From: an uncultured Christensenellaceae bacterium
Lineage (GTDB): Bacteria > Bacillota > Clostridia > Christensenellales > CAG-314
Length of the DNA: 64,000 nucleotides
Assembly (NCBI GenBank): GCA_910586625.1
Contig: CAJUIZ010000009.1
Coordinates: 5,383-69,382 of the forward strand
Direction: 5' to 3'
Numbering within the stretch: position 1 is the stretch's first letter; each line of letters begins with the position of its first letter. The notes beneath the pieces are model-generated. The model made no database searches, was not told the origin of the DNA, and saw only the letters and a program-made list of their open reading frames with translations. The position numbers and the translations under genes were made by a program. Positions 39,805 through 49,230 of this stretch are shown piece by piece.

Positions 39805-41145
39805 ATGACAAAAAATACAAAGATAAAATTGGTTATTATCGCAATGTTGAACTTAGTTTTAACAGTTTGTATACTTTGCTCGTGTAATTTTGTATTAAAT
39901 AACGGTTTAGAAAAAATAACTGTATCGTATGATTCAACACATAAAATTTATGACGGGGACAGTCTTGAAAGTCTTAAACCGTTTTTAACAGTTATATACA
40001 CGAATGAAAAAGGTAACCCGAGTGTTATTGAAGACTATAACATAAACGGTAATTTAACAGTTGGAGCATGCAGTATTAAGGTTGAATATAAAGATTTATC
40101 AAGTACGTTAGCTTTTAATGTTGAAAAAAATTTGGAATTTAATATTAATAACGATAAAGAATCGTATTCATTAGTAAAAGTATACAATAAACAATCCCCT
40201 TCGGTAGAAGTACCGTCCATATATAATGGAAAGCCTGTTACTCAAATAGATTTTTTCGCTTTTGATGAATGTGCGGCACTTAAGAACTTAATCATAGGCT
40301 CTAACATAATGGAATTATCGCCCAATATGTTTAGGCACAGCCACAATATAGAAGAAATAAAAATTTCAGAAGATAATCCGTATTATTATAGTAGTTCGGA
40401 TTGTATAATTAGAAAATCCGATAAAACATTGGTATTAGGATGTAACAATAGTCTGATTCCCAATGACGTTGTTTTTATCGGTGAAAGAGCATTTTGGGGA
40501 AGTAATATTAAATATGTTGTAATTCCTAATAGTGTAATAAGTATTGGCGAAGCTGCATTTGAATCCTGTGATAATTTGGAAAGCGTAGTTATCGGAAATA
40601 AGGTTGCAGAGATACAACAAGACGCATTTGCGTATTGCAAGCGTTTAGAAAGTATAAATATTTCTAATAGTGTAAAAAAGTTGGGCGAGTTGGCTTTTGG
40701 CGAATGCGTTAGCTTAAAAACGGTAATTATCGGGAGCGGAATTTCAAGTATTGATCCTATATTTTTTAGGGGCAGTAGCAATATTCAAAGTTTGACAGTG
40801 TCGACAGGTAATTCAAGGTATTATACCGCAAACAATTGCATAATAGAGAGAGAAACAGGAGAGTTGGTTCTCGGTTGTAAAAGCAGTATAATACCTACCG
40901 ACGGAAGCGTTGTCAGTATAGGACACGATAGCTTTTACGGTTGTGTAGGACTGACTTCGATAGCGATACCTTCAAGTATTAAACAGATAAATTGGCAGGC
41001 TTTTTATAATTGTAAAAATCTCTCTGTTATAGTATATTACGGTACGGTCTCGTCATGGAATTCAATATCAAAATTTGCAGGTTGGAACGAAGGAGTTCTT
41101 ACTAAAAAAGTCGGTTGCTCTAACGGTGAAGTCAGTTTACCTTAA
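39805..41145 (+). CDS. BspA-type leucine-rich-repeat (LRR_5) surface protein, probably a lipoprotein
   Basis: The signal and lipobox-like sequence is LTVCILCSC. LRR_5 units repeat (IPNSVISIGEAAFESCDNLESVVIG, ISNSVKKLGELAFGECVSLKTVIIG, IPSSIKQINWQAFYNCKNLSVI). GC content is very low. Confidence 0.8.
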   Translation: MTKNTKIKLVIIAMLNLVLTVCILCSCNFVLNNGLEKITVSYDSTHKIYDGDSLESLKPFLTVIYTNEKGNPSVIEDYNINGNLTVGACSIKVEYKDLSSTLAFNVEKNLEFNINNDKESYSLVKVYNKQSPSVEVPSIYNGKPVTQIDFFAFDECAALKNLIIGSNIMELSPNMFRHSHNIEEIKISEDNPYYYSSSDCIIRKSDKTLVLGCNNSLIPNDVVFIGERAFWGSNIKYVVIPNSVISIGEAAFESCDNLESVVIGNKVAEIQQDAFAYCKRLESINISNSVKKLGELAFGECVSLKTVIIGSGISSIDPIFFRGSSNIQSLTVSTGNSRYYTANNCIIERETGELVLGCKSSIIPTDGSVVSIGHDSFYGCVGLTSIAIPSSIKQINWQAFYNCKNLSVIVYYGTVSSWNSISKFAGWNEGVLTKKVGCSNGEVSLP

Positions 41146-41178
41146 TGACAGATTATTATTGGATTGAATATTGTAAAA

Positions 41179-41206
41179 AGCTGCAATTAACAATTGCGGC
41201 TTTTTG
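41179..41206 (+). terminator. Intrinsic terminator after the LRR gene
   Basis: AGCTGCAATT pairs with AATTGCGGCT (one G-U pair), followed by TTTTT. Confidence 0.7.
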
Positions 41207-41429
41207 TTTGATTCAATGTGTGATTATGACTCTCTGAAACTTGGGGTAAATGGTTGAAAATTGTTTCAATTTAATATATAATTAAAGTATAAAAAATAAA
41301 AGTTTAATAAGACAGCTATAAAGTAATACAAAGTGAATGTCGACAGACAGCTTACTCTCTTTTAAGGCGTACGGCAAATAGTTTTAATCGATTGAATATT
41401 ACTGGGATATAAGGTACGATTTATTGGTT

Positions 41430-42290
41430 ATGAAATTCAACAACGAGTGGAAAGACTACGAAATAATCGCGACGGGCGACGGCGAAAAGCTGGAACGCTG
41501 GAAGAATGTCACGCTGTTGCGCCCCGACCCGCAGGTCATATGGCGTGCGCAAGCTCCGCTGACAACGGTTAAAAAGCCTGACGCGCGCTATATCCGTTCG
41601 TCTACGGGCGGCGGACGGTGGGAGTTTGAGCGCAAGCTTCCCGAAAGCTGGAACGTATCTTGGCGTGATTTGACTTTTACCGTGCGCCCTATGAACTTCA
41701 AGCATACGGGGCTGTTCCCCGAGCAGGCGGTAAATTGGGCTATGATGACAGACCTTATAAACGGCGCAAACCGACCGGTGTCCGTGCTTAACCTGTTTGC
41801 GTATACGGGCGGAGCAACCGTGGCGTGTCTGTCCGCAGGCGCAAGCGTCTGCCACGTGGACGCAGCCAAAAATATGGTGGAAACGGCAAAGCAAAACGTC
41901 GCCTTGTCGGGTTTGTCCGACAAGCCCGTACGCTACATAGTGGACGACTGCCGAAAATTCGTAACCCGCGAAATCAAGCGCGGTCGCAAATACGACGCTA
42001 TAATACTCGACCCGCCCAGCTTCGGGCGCGGCGCAAACGGCGAAGAATGGAAAATCGAACGCGACATATTCGACTTTCTCAAGCTGTGCTCGGGCGTTTT
42101 GTCGGATAACCCGCTGTTCGTGTTGCTCAATTCCTACACAACGGGGTTGCAGCCCGCCGTTCTGTCCAATTTGTTAAAATTGACTATGCCCTCTTGCGGC
42201 GAAGTTACCGCCTACGAAGTGGGGCTTCCCACCGACGAACAAGGCGTGGTGCTGCCCTGCGGCGCGTCGGGTCTTTGGCGTAATATATAG
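41430..42290 (+). CDS. Class I SAM-dependent methyltransferase (RlmI/YwbD-like)
   Basis: It has the SAM motif VLNLFAYTGGATVA, the acidic loop HVDAAK, and a DPPSFGRG motif. Confidence 0.8.
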   Translation: MKFNNEWKDYEIIATGDGEKLERWKNVTLLRPDPQVIWRAQAPLTTVKKPDARYIRSSTGGGRWEFERKLPESWNVSWRDLTFTVRPMNFKHTGLFPEQAVNWAMMTDLINGANRPVSVLNLFAYTGGATVACLSAGASVCHVDAAKNMVETAKQNVALSGLSDKPVRYIVDDCRKFVTREIKRGRKYDAIILDPPSFGRGANGEEWKIERDIFDFLKLCSGVLSDNPLFVLLNSYTTGLQPAVLSNLLKLTMPSCGEVTAYEVGLPTDEQGVVLPCGASGLWRNI

Positions 42291-42588
42291 GCGCATCTGC
42301 TTCGTTAGGCTGCGTGCACGTTCGGTACGATCTATCCCGTACTCGCCTGCCTTGCATCTACGCCCATCTATGCCGTGTAAGTATTAAACCGTTTCAACAA
42401 TAAACAATTTGTTTTCAACAAAGAAACGCAGTTACGAACGTTGTCGTTCTTTGAATGTCATAAAAAATTTATGTCATTTCGACCAAGAGAGAACGCAGTT
42501 CGAACGCGCGGAGAAATCCAGCGTAGCGTAACCTAACTTAAAATCAACTCGATCACAAACGCCGAAAATATTTATAAGGAAACATTCT

Positions 42589-43380
42589 ATGCCAAGAAAC
42601 TTTACTATGGACGATGTAACTATACTTCACGAAGACAACAGCGTGCTTGTGGTGGTAAAGCCGCAGAATATTCCGTCGCAGGCGGATAACAGCGGCGACA
42701 CCGACCTGCTTACGCTGCTTAAAGAGTATATCAAGGACAAATACAATAAGCCCGGAAACGTCTACTTGGGGCTTGTACATCGTCTCGACCGTCCCACGGG
42801 CGGAGTAATGGTGTTTGCCAAAAACAGCAAGGCCGCCGAACGGCTGTCCAAACAGATAGTAGACGGCGATATGACCAAGCAATACCTTGCTGCGGTGCTC
42901 AATTGTCCCAAGGAGCGCAAGGGCGTACTCGTCAATTATCTCAAAAAGAACGCGCTAACCAACACCGTGTACGTGGCAACCGTGGGCGACCACAACGCTA
43001 AGCGCGCAGAGCTTTCCTACGAAGTGCTGGAAAGCTATTCCGACGTGGTTAGTTTGGTAAAAATTCAGCTTGGTACAGGCAGAAGTCATCAGATACGCGT
43101 ACAGTTTTCCGCAATAGGCTGTCCCGTGTTCGGCGACGTACGCTACGGCGGAGACAGTCTTGCCAAGGGACACAATTTGGCGCTTTGGGCGTACCGTCTG
43201 GAATTCAATCACCCCGTCACCAAGGAACGTATGGTATTCGTAGCCTATCCGCCCGAGAAGGAGCCTTGGACGCGTTTCAATACGGCAAAGTATTTGGAAA
43301 ACTTTGCCGATTCGGACGATACCGATCGCGACGGTGTTCCGCTGTATTTCAATCCCAACGTAGCCAATACATTGGATTAG
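42589..43380 (+). CDS. RluA-family pseudouridine synthase
   Basis: The catalytic motif LVHRLDRPTGGVMVFAK is present, followed by GRSHQIRVQF. Confidence 0.88.
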   Translation: MPRNFTMDDVTILHEDNSVLVVVKPQNIPSQADNSGDTDLLTLLKEYIKDKYNKPGNVYLGLVHRLDRPTGGVMVFAKNSKAAERLSKQIVDGDMTKQYLAAVLNCPKERKGVLVNYLKKNALTNTVYVATVGDHNAKRAELSYEVLESYSDVVSLVKIQLGTGRSHQIRVQFSAIGCPVFGDVRYGGDSLAKGHNLALWAYRLEFNHPVTKERMVFVAYPPEKEPWTRFNTAKYLENFADSDDTDRDGVPLYFNPNVANTLD

Positions 43381-43496
43381 TTTATATACGCAATTGTCGG
43401 GCTTGTCCTACGGGCAAGCCCTATAATTTTTGTTTTATACTCAATTGCCGCGTGCAGATAGCCATACAGAGTTCGAACTTTGTATGGCTAAGCGGG

Positions 43497-44012
43497 TCAA
43501 ATTATTTTAGCAAGCGCAAGAATGAACAACGCAGCCGCCGATAGGTAGTTGGAGTTTTTCATAACTACTTTACCCGCCAATTTTTGTCCGACAAGTACGG
43601 TGAAGTAGTGCGTTACGGCAAATACTATCGGCGCAACAACGCCCAAGCCCTGCATTGCAAGCGACAGGTTGGCAACCGCCGCGTCTGTCCCCACCGCAAA
43701 GCCCATTGTTACGCTTTCGCCGAGAGTAATCTGTCTGAGCGAGTACGTTTGATCGTCGTCTTTCTTAAATAAATTGATTATTGCAAGTACAAACAGTACT
43801 GCCGCGCCGAATAAGTCGGCATACCCGTCCAAATAGTCCGCCAAAACTCTGCCTATAACGGAAGTTGCCGCGCACAGCAGCAACGTAACCAATGCCACTG
43901 CGACTGGAAGAACAGCGTTGGCTTTTTTGTTAAGCGACAGCGAAAAGCCTGCGACAAAGCTGTCGAGAGATACGATTATAGCGGTAGACAGCAGTACGAT
44001 TGTTTCTTGCAA
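43497..44012 (-). CDS. MntP/YtaF-family (DUF204) membrane protein
   Basis: The protein has six hydrophobic segments and the N-terminal pattern IIVSLDSFVAGFSL. It uses a TTG start with AGGAG 7 nt upstream. Confidence 0.65.
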   Translation of the reverse strand: MQETIVLLSTAIIVSLDSFVAGFSLSLNKKANAVLPVAVALVTLLLCAATSVIGRVLADYLDGYADLFGAAVLFVLAIINLFKKDDDQTYSLRQITLGESVTMGFAVGTDAAVANLSLAMQGLGVVAPIVFAVTHYFTVLVGQKLAGKVVMKNSNYLSAAALFILALAKII

Positions 44013-44101
44013 GTTTTTTCTCCTAATGTAAATGCGGCTAAAATAAGCCGCCTTTTTAATGTATGCGTATTTGCAAAATAATGTTTTGTATTGCTAAACC
44101 G

Positions 44102-44130
44102 TTGACAATTTGCTCGAATAAATGTAAAAT
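44102..44130 (+). promoter_or_regulatory. Sigma-A-type promoter of the Big_2 surface protein gene
   Basis: TTGACA (44102-44107), a 17-nt spacer, then TAAAAT (44125-44130). Confidence 0.55.
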
Positions 44131-44214
44131 GATTGTATATGCGGTGAAAATCCGTTTTTTGGTGTATCCAAGTACAAAAGTAGGGAAGTATGTCACCCTA
44201 TCGGAGGATTTATT

Positions 44215-45579
44215 GTGAAAAAGATTGTCAGTCTTATTTTAACGTTAGCTTTGCTCGTAACTATGTGTTCGGTTACGACCTTCGCTTTTGCGGCGGAAGG
44301 CGACGCTAACGTATTTGTTACGGGCGTAAAGCTTAAAACGTCCGCCGCCACGCGCTTGACGGGCGAAGAAAGCACTATTATGTTGGAAGCTACCGTAGAA
44401 CCTTCTACCGCTACGGAAAAGGGCATCACTTATTCCGTAAAGGATGGAAAAGCGGGCGTAACAGTGGACACAGACGGTAAAATCACCGTTTCGGCGGATG
44501 CTGCGGCAGGAGAATATATAATTGTTGCGACGTCTGTCGGTAATAAGGAAGACGGAACTCAGGCAACCGCCGAGTTCAAGCTTATCCTGCGTGCCGAGTT
44601 TACCGACCAATTAGACAACGAAGCGCTTATGACCGAGCTTAAAAAAGACGCCAAGTTTGCCGCGCTTAAATGGGAAATGAGCTCTTTCAAGCTTCCGCAG
44701 GAGTGGTTGAAGGATTCCGATTTGGTTAAGAGTATTTTCGGCGCGAGCATGAACTACCTTGTAGAAGGCAACGAAAACTACGACAAGGACGCTAAATACG
44801 ACGAAATCTATGTAGAATACTGCCGTCCTTCGGAAAGTTCTCAGGGTAAGGACACTTGGGATCACAGCACAAAAATAACCGAAGGCATATCCATAAGCAC
44901 TTCTGGTTGGTGGAAGTTCCGTTTGGTAGTAAAGGACGGAACGGACACGTCCAAGGTTTTGTGCAAGAGCGATGCTTTCGTGCGCTATGCGGAAGACACT
45001 ACTCACCCCGTTGTAGAGCTTTCTTCCGACATGGTCAAAAAGCACGAAGAAGGCTTGACCAGCGGCGTTACTTATACGGTATCCACTTCTTTAAGCTATC
45101 CCGACGATTCCAATTCTTCTTCCAAAACGGTAACATACGTAATACAAAAAAAGGTTAACGGCGAATGGGTAACCATTTACGACAGCGTTAAGCGCGAAGT
45201 TACCAAAGGCTACGAGGGCTACGTAAGCACAAGCGGAGTAATAACTCCCGCTGACGAAGATATACGTGCGGACAAAACGGCGGTATATCAAGTTGTGTAT
45301 TCTGTAGTAGATTCCTACGGTTTCCACGGCGTAGCAGATTCCGAATCCACGGTAGAGCACAATCCCAAGTTAGAGCTGTTTGTCAAAGCCCCCGAAAGCA
45401 AGGGCGGCAAAGCAAACGCTGTACTAATATGGAAGATTATTTTGTACGTTATAGCAGGTCTTTCCGCAGTAGGCATAGTTGTATTGCTTTGCATTAAACC
45501 CAAGCAAAAGACGGAAACGCCGCGCGCGGAAGCAAAGTCCGCCGACAAAGACGATCAAACGGATTACTCTCAAAAGTAA
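44215..45579 (+). CDS. Secreted, membrane-anchored surface protein with a Big_2 (bacterial Ig-like) domain
   Basis: It uses a GTG start after GGAGG and has a signal peptide ending AFAAEG. The Big_2 pattern is VTGVKL...LEATVEPSTATEKGITYSV...DGKITV. A C-terminal TM helix and a charged tail follow. Confidence 0.75.
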   Translation: MKKIVSLILTLALLVTMCSVTTFAFAAEGDANVFVTGVKLKTSAATRLTGEESTIMLEATVEPSTATEKGITYSVKDGKAGVTVDTDGKITVSADAAAGEYIIVATSVGNKEDGTQATAEFKLILRAEFTDQLDNEALMTELKKDAKFAALKWEMSSFKLPQEWLKDSDLVKSIFGASMNYLVEGNENYDKDAKYDEIYVEYCRPSESSQGKDTWDHSTKITEGISISTSGWWKFRLVVKDGTDTSKVLCKSDAFVRYAEDTTHPVVELSSDMVKKHEEGLTSGVTYTVSTSLSYPDDSNSSSKTVTYVIQKKVNGEWVTIYDSVKREVTKGYEGYVSTSGVITPADEDIRADKTAVYQVVYSVVDSYGFHGVADSESTVEHNPKLELFVKAPESKGGKANAVLIWKIILYVIAGLSAVGIVVLLCIKPKQKTETPRAEAKSADKDDQTDYSQK

Positions 45580-45650
45580 TTCAATCTTTCGTATCACAAT
45601 CGGTTATTTGCAGACAGTTTAGTCTTTGTGCAAATTTGTAATGTAATTAT

Positions 45651-45687
45651 CGTCCGTTGCGGCATTGCGTCGCAGCGGACGTTTTTA
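45651..45687 (+). terminator. Intrinsic terminator
   Basis: CGTCCGTTGCG pairs with CGCAGCGGACG, followed by TTTTT. Confidence 0.75.
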
Positions 45688-46055
45688 TTTGGCGCTTAAC
45701 TTTTTACGATGTAGTGGTTAACGGTTTTGTGTGTAAGCGTTACGCTGCGAGCTGTTTGTTTTAATAATCGCCAAACCGCAGGTTTTGCTTATCGGTAACG
45801 GGCGGCAAGCGGTACAAATACGGCGGAAACGCAAGCTTTCGGCGGGAATTGCGGGCTCCGATATGTTGTCAATAAGCGTTTTCGGTATGTATAAGCAAGC
45901 ATATGCAAACAGTCTGCGCGAGTAAAAGTATTGCAAATTTTTATACCGACTATTAACATTATAAATATCACTTTTTAGTTAAAGTCTTTGCGTTTTAACG
46001 GTTGTTGTGTTATACTTATTAGGTTGTAAAATTATTTTCGGAGGACAAACCAATT

Positions 46056-46748
46056 ATGCAATACTCACACGAAGTAGAACTTATGCAGTGCGTAGCGAAA
46101 GGTTGCAATCACGGTCCCGCGCCCATTCCCGAAGAAGGCAAATGGGTTCAGGCGTACGATATCAAGGATATCAGCGGACTTACTCACGGTTGCGGCTGCT
46201 GCGCTCCGCAGCAGGGAACCTGCAAACTTACTTTGAATATTAAAAACGGCGTTATAGAAGAAGCGCTCGTGGAGACTATCGGCTGCTCCGGTATGACCCA
46301 CTCGGCGGCTATGGCGGCGGAGATTTTGCCGGGTAAGACGCTGCTTGAAGCGTTGAACACCGACCTTGTTTGCGACGCTATAAACGTCGCTATGCGCGAA
46401 CTGTTTTTGCAAATAGTTTACGGACGTTCTCAATCGGCGTTTTCCGACGCAGGTTTGCCGATTGGCGCAGGACTGGAAGACTTGGGTAAGGGACTTCGCA
46501 GCCAGATAGGAACTATGTACTCTACTAAGGTAAAGGGACCGCGCTATCTTGAAATGGCGGAAGGCTACGTAACCCGCTGCGCATTGGACGATAACGGCGA
46601 AATTATCGGTTACGAATACGTAAATCTCGGCGTTATGATGAAACTTGTTTCCGAAGGCGTATCAGGTAATGAAGCCTTGGAAAAGGCAAAGAAGCACTAC
46701 GGACGTTTTGATAACGCCGCTAAGTATATTATTCCGCGTAACGAATAG
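46056..46748 (+). CDS. NifU/IscU-like Fe-S scaffold domain protein with a C-terminal extension
   Basis: It has the Cys cluster HGCGCCAPQQGTC followed by ETIGCSGMTHSAAMAAEILPGKTL, as in the IscU-like fold. GGAGG lies upstream of the start. Confidence 0.65.
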   Translation: MQYSHEVELMQCVAKGCNHGPAPIPEEGKWVQAYDIKDISGLTHGCGCCAPQQGTCKLTLNIKNGVIEEALVETIGCSGMTHSAAMAAEILPGKTLLEALNTDLVCDAINVAMRELFLQIVYGRSQSAFSDAGLPIGAGLEDLGKGLRSQIGTMYSTKVKGPRYLEMAEGYVTRCALDDNGEIIGYEYVNLGVMMKLVSEGVSGNEALEKAKKHYGRFDNAAKYIIPRNE

Positions 46749-46762
46749 GGAGGGGAGAGACA

Positions 46763-47761
46763 ATGGCTATCAGATTTGAAGGTTATGAAAGAAGAATAGA
46801 CAAAATCAATTCCGAACTTAAACAATACGGAATAAAATCGTTGGAAGAAGCTCGCGACTTATGTTTGTCTCACGGCGTAAACGTTGAAGAAATTGTAAAG
46901 GGCGTACAGCCCATCGCGTTCGAAAACGCAGTTTGGGCTTATACGCTCGGTTGCGCTATCGCTTTTAAGAAGGGCGTTAAAAACGCCGCCGAAGTCGCCG
47001 AATGCATCGGCTTGGGACTTCAAGCGTTTTGTATTCCCGGTTCCGTTGCCGACCAACGCAAGGTAGGCTTGGGACACGGCAATTTGGGAGCTATGCTTCT
47101 TCGCGAAGAAACGGACTGCTTCGCGTTCCTTGCCGGACACGAAAGCTTTGCCGCTGCGGAAGGAGCTATCGGCATTGCCCGTAACGCCAACAAGGCGCGC
47201 AAAAAGCCGCTTCGTGTAATATTGAACGGCTTAGGCAAAGACGCTGCGTACATTATATCTCGCATTAACGGATTTACATATGTACAAACGAAATACGATT
47301 ACTACACGGGAGAATTGACGGTTGTACGCGAAGTTCCTTTCTCTGACGGTGAAAGGGCTAAGGTTCGCTGCTACGGCGCCGACGACGTAAACGAAGGCGT
47401 TGCAATTATGCGCAGCGAGAAGGTAGACGTATCGATAACCGGCAACTCCACAAACCCCACGCGTTTCCAACACCCCGTTGCAGGCACCTACAAGAAGTGG
47501 TGTCAAGAAAACGACAGAAAGTACTTCTCTGTAGCTTCGGGCGGCGGCACGGGACGCACCTTGCACCCCGATAACGTTGCGGCAGGTCCCGCTTCCTACG
47601 GTATGACGGATACTTTGGGACGTATGCACTCCGACGCGCAGTTTGCCGGCAGCAGCTCCGTGCCTGCTCACGTAGAAATGATGGGCTTGATCGGAATGGG
47701 AAACAACCCCATGGTCGGCGCAACAGTCGCCTGCGCAGTGGCAGTTTCCCTTGCAAAGTAA
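46763..47761 (+). CDS. GGGtGRT-family conserved protein of unknown function
   Basis: It contains the literal motif ASGGGTGRTLHPDN (nt about 47540-47560). GGGAGGGGAG lies upstream, and the gene starts 14 nt after the NifU-like gene. Confidence 0.7.
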   Translation: MAIRFEGYERRIDKINSELKQYGIKSLEEARDLCLSHGVNVEEIVKGVQPIAFENAVWAYTLGCAIAFKKGVKNAAEVAECIGLGLQAFCIPGSVADQRKVGLGHGNLGAMLLREETDCFAFLAGHESFAAAEGAIGIARNANKARKKPLRVILNGLGKDAAYIISRINGFTYVQTKYDYYTGELTVVREVPFSDGERAKVRCYGADDVNEGVAIMRSEKVDVSITGNSTNPTRFQHPVAGTYKKWCQENDRKYFSVASGGGTGRTLHPDNVAAGPASYGMTDTLGRMHSDAQFAGSSSVPAHVEMMGLIGMGNNPMVGATVACAVAVSLAK

Positions 47762-47903
47762 CTGCATAATTATTTATTTTATCTGCGAGTTTACTCGCAA
47801 GGAAAATAAATTGCAATGTACTGTTAAAAGTAAAAACGAAAATTTTACCCATCAATAAGCGTAGCGAGTTGATGATTTGTATAAGTTATAAAGTGTTTTT
47901 CAG

Positions 47904-47940
47904 CACGTCCCTACACAAGATGTAGGGACGTGTTCTTTTT
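47904..47940 (+). terminator. Intrinsic terminator
   Basis: CACGTCCCTACA pairs with TGTAGGGACGTG, followed by TTCTTTTT. Confidence 0.8.
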
Positions 47941-48034
47941 ATGTTATAAACCATAGGTATGTAACGGCAAAAAAGTCCACATTTCGTCAACATTTTTTTG
48001 AACTTTTGATTCGTCATATTGACCGAAAATCGCC

Positions 48035-48072
48035 TTTTTGACAAAAAAATGCTGACTTTTTTGACAAAAAAA
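48035..48072. repeat. Direct repeat of TTTTTGACAAAAAAA (two copies, 23-bp period)
   Basis: The copies lie at 48035-48049 and 48058-48072, and each is itself nearly palindromic. Confidence 0.7.
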
Positions 48073-48357
48073 CAATCCTATGGTTTGACCGAATTTTGTT
48101 CTATTTAAGTATGATTTGTGTTATATAATTAACTATATAAAAATAACTTTTAAAATTGTTAGCGGATGGTTGGCTGCGTCGAAACGTACCGTTTACCGAT
48201 AGCGGAATACAAATAAATCCTGCAAGAAGCCGAATTCGCAAAATTTTATCGGGAAATCAAAAAAATTATCCGCTAAAATCTTGACACCGCCCGTAAAAAT
48301 ATAATCGTTGCGTGCAATCGCTTTGTATGGTACAATAAAATAAAGGAGCATACGCTA

Positions 48358-49230
48358 ATGTGTAATATTTATCCTTACGTGCGGCTTGCAATGCACGACG
48401 TAATAGACAAAAAATGGATAGTTTCGCGCTCCATTTGGGATTACGAAATTATTTATATCGCGGACGTTACTATGGCGGGCTGTGTCGGAAACGATATTTA
48501 CGGAGAACAATTTATCCGATTTTTTACGGATGAAAATTTCGACGTAAGTTATATCAAAAAATCCGCCCTTTCGTCTACCGGCTACAGCTTGGTCACTGTG
48601 GAAACGTGCGGTCAAAACAGAATATGCATGGTATCCGGAGCGAATATGGATTACACAGCCCAAGACGTTTTCGGATTGGAGAAGTTGCTTGCGTCTAACG
48701 ACGTGATTGTAACGCAGGGAGAAATGCGCTTCGAAGTAGTGCGGGCGTTGGCAGGTCTTTGCGTAAAATACGGCAAAAAGTTTATTTTCAACCCCGCTCC
48801 TGCAAGAGAGCTGCCCGACGAAGTTTTGCAGGCAGTTTACGTTTTGACTCCCAACGAGACGGAACTCGGCATCATTGTCGGCAGAAAACTAACGTCGCGC
48901 GACGATTTTGTTTCCGCTGCCAAACAGCTTGTAGCCCGCGGAGTAAAAAACGTTGTAGTCACATTGGGAGCAAGCGGCTCGTTATTGGTTAACGACAAGG
49001 AAACGCTGTATGTAAGCGCGTATAAGGTAAACGCAGTCGATACCGTCGGCGCGGGTGATTCTTTTACGGGTTCTCTTGCTGCCTTTGTCGATGCGGGCGA
49101 GCGACTCTTTGAAGCCGTTCGTAAATCTGCGGCGGTAGGCGCTTTGGCTGTTCAAAAGGAAGGCGCAATCCCTTCTATGCCGTATCTTAAAGACGTCGAA
49201 AAGTTTTTGGCTGACAACCGACAGAATTAG
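48358..49230 (+). pseudogene. rbsK: PfkB-family ribokinase lacking the canonical N-terminal about 55 residues (5'-truncated or 5'-replaced rbsK)
   Basis: From VTMAGCVGNDIYGEQF onward it aligns with ribokinase, including NPAPAR, TPNETE and DTVGAGDSF. The first 35 or so residues (MCNIYPYVRLAMHDVIDKKW...) do not resemble the GSxNxD / GGKGANQA region. Confidence 0.55.

Noticed and set aside
44034-44058. The hairpin GCGGCT-AAAATA-AGCCGC plus a T run between the MntP-like gene and the Big_2 gene. I considered it as part of a yybP-ykoY manganese riboswitch.
   Set aside because: None of the conserved yybP-ykoY sequence elements are visible in the minus-strand leader. The U-tract lies on the plus strand, where there is no upstream gene. 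It is probably a stray or antisense-blocking hairpin.
45718-45971. Two overlapping minus-strand ORFs (72 and 60 aa) in the region upstream of the NifU-like gene.
   Set aside because: They have no RBS, are Arg/Cys-rich with junk-like composition, and overlap each other. The region is treated as non-coding (a possible leader).
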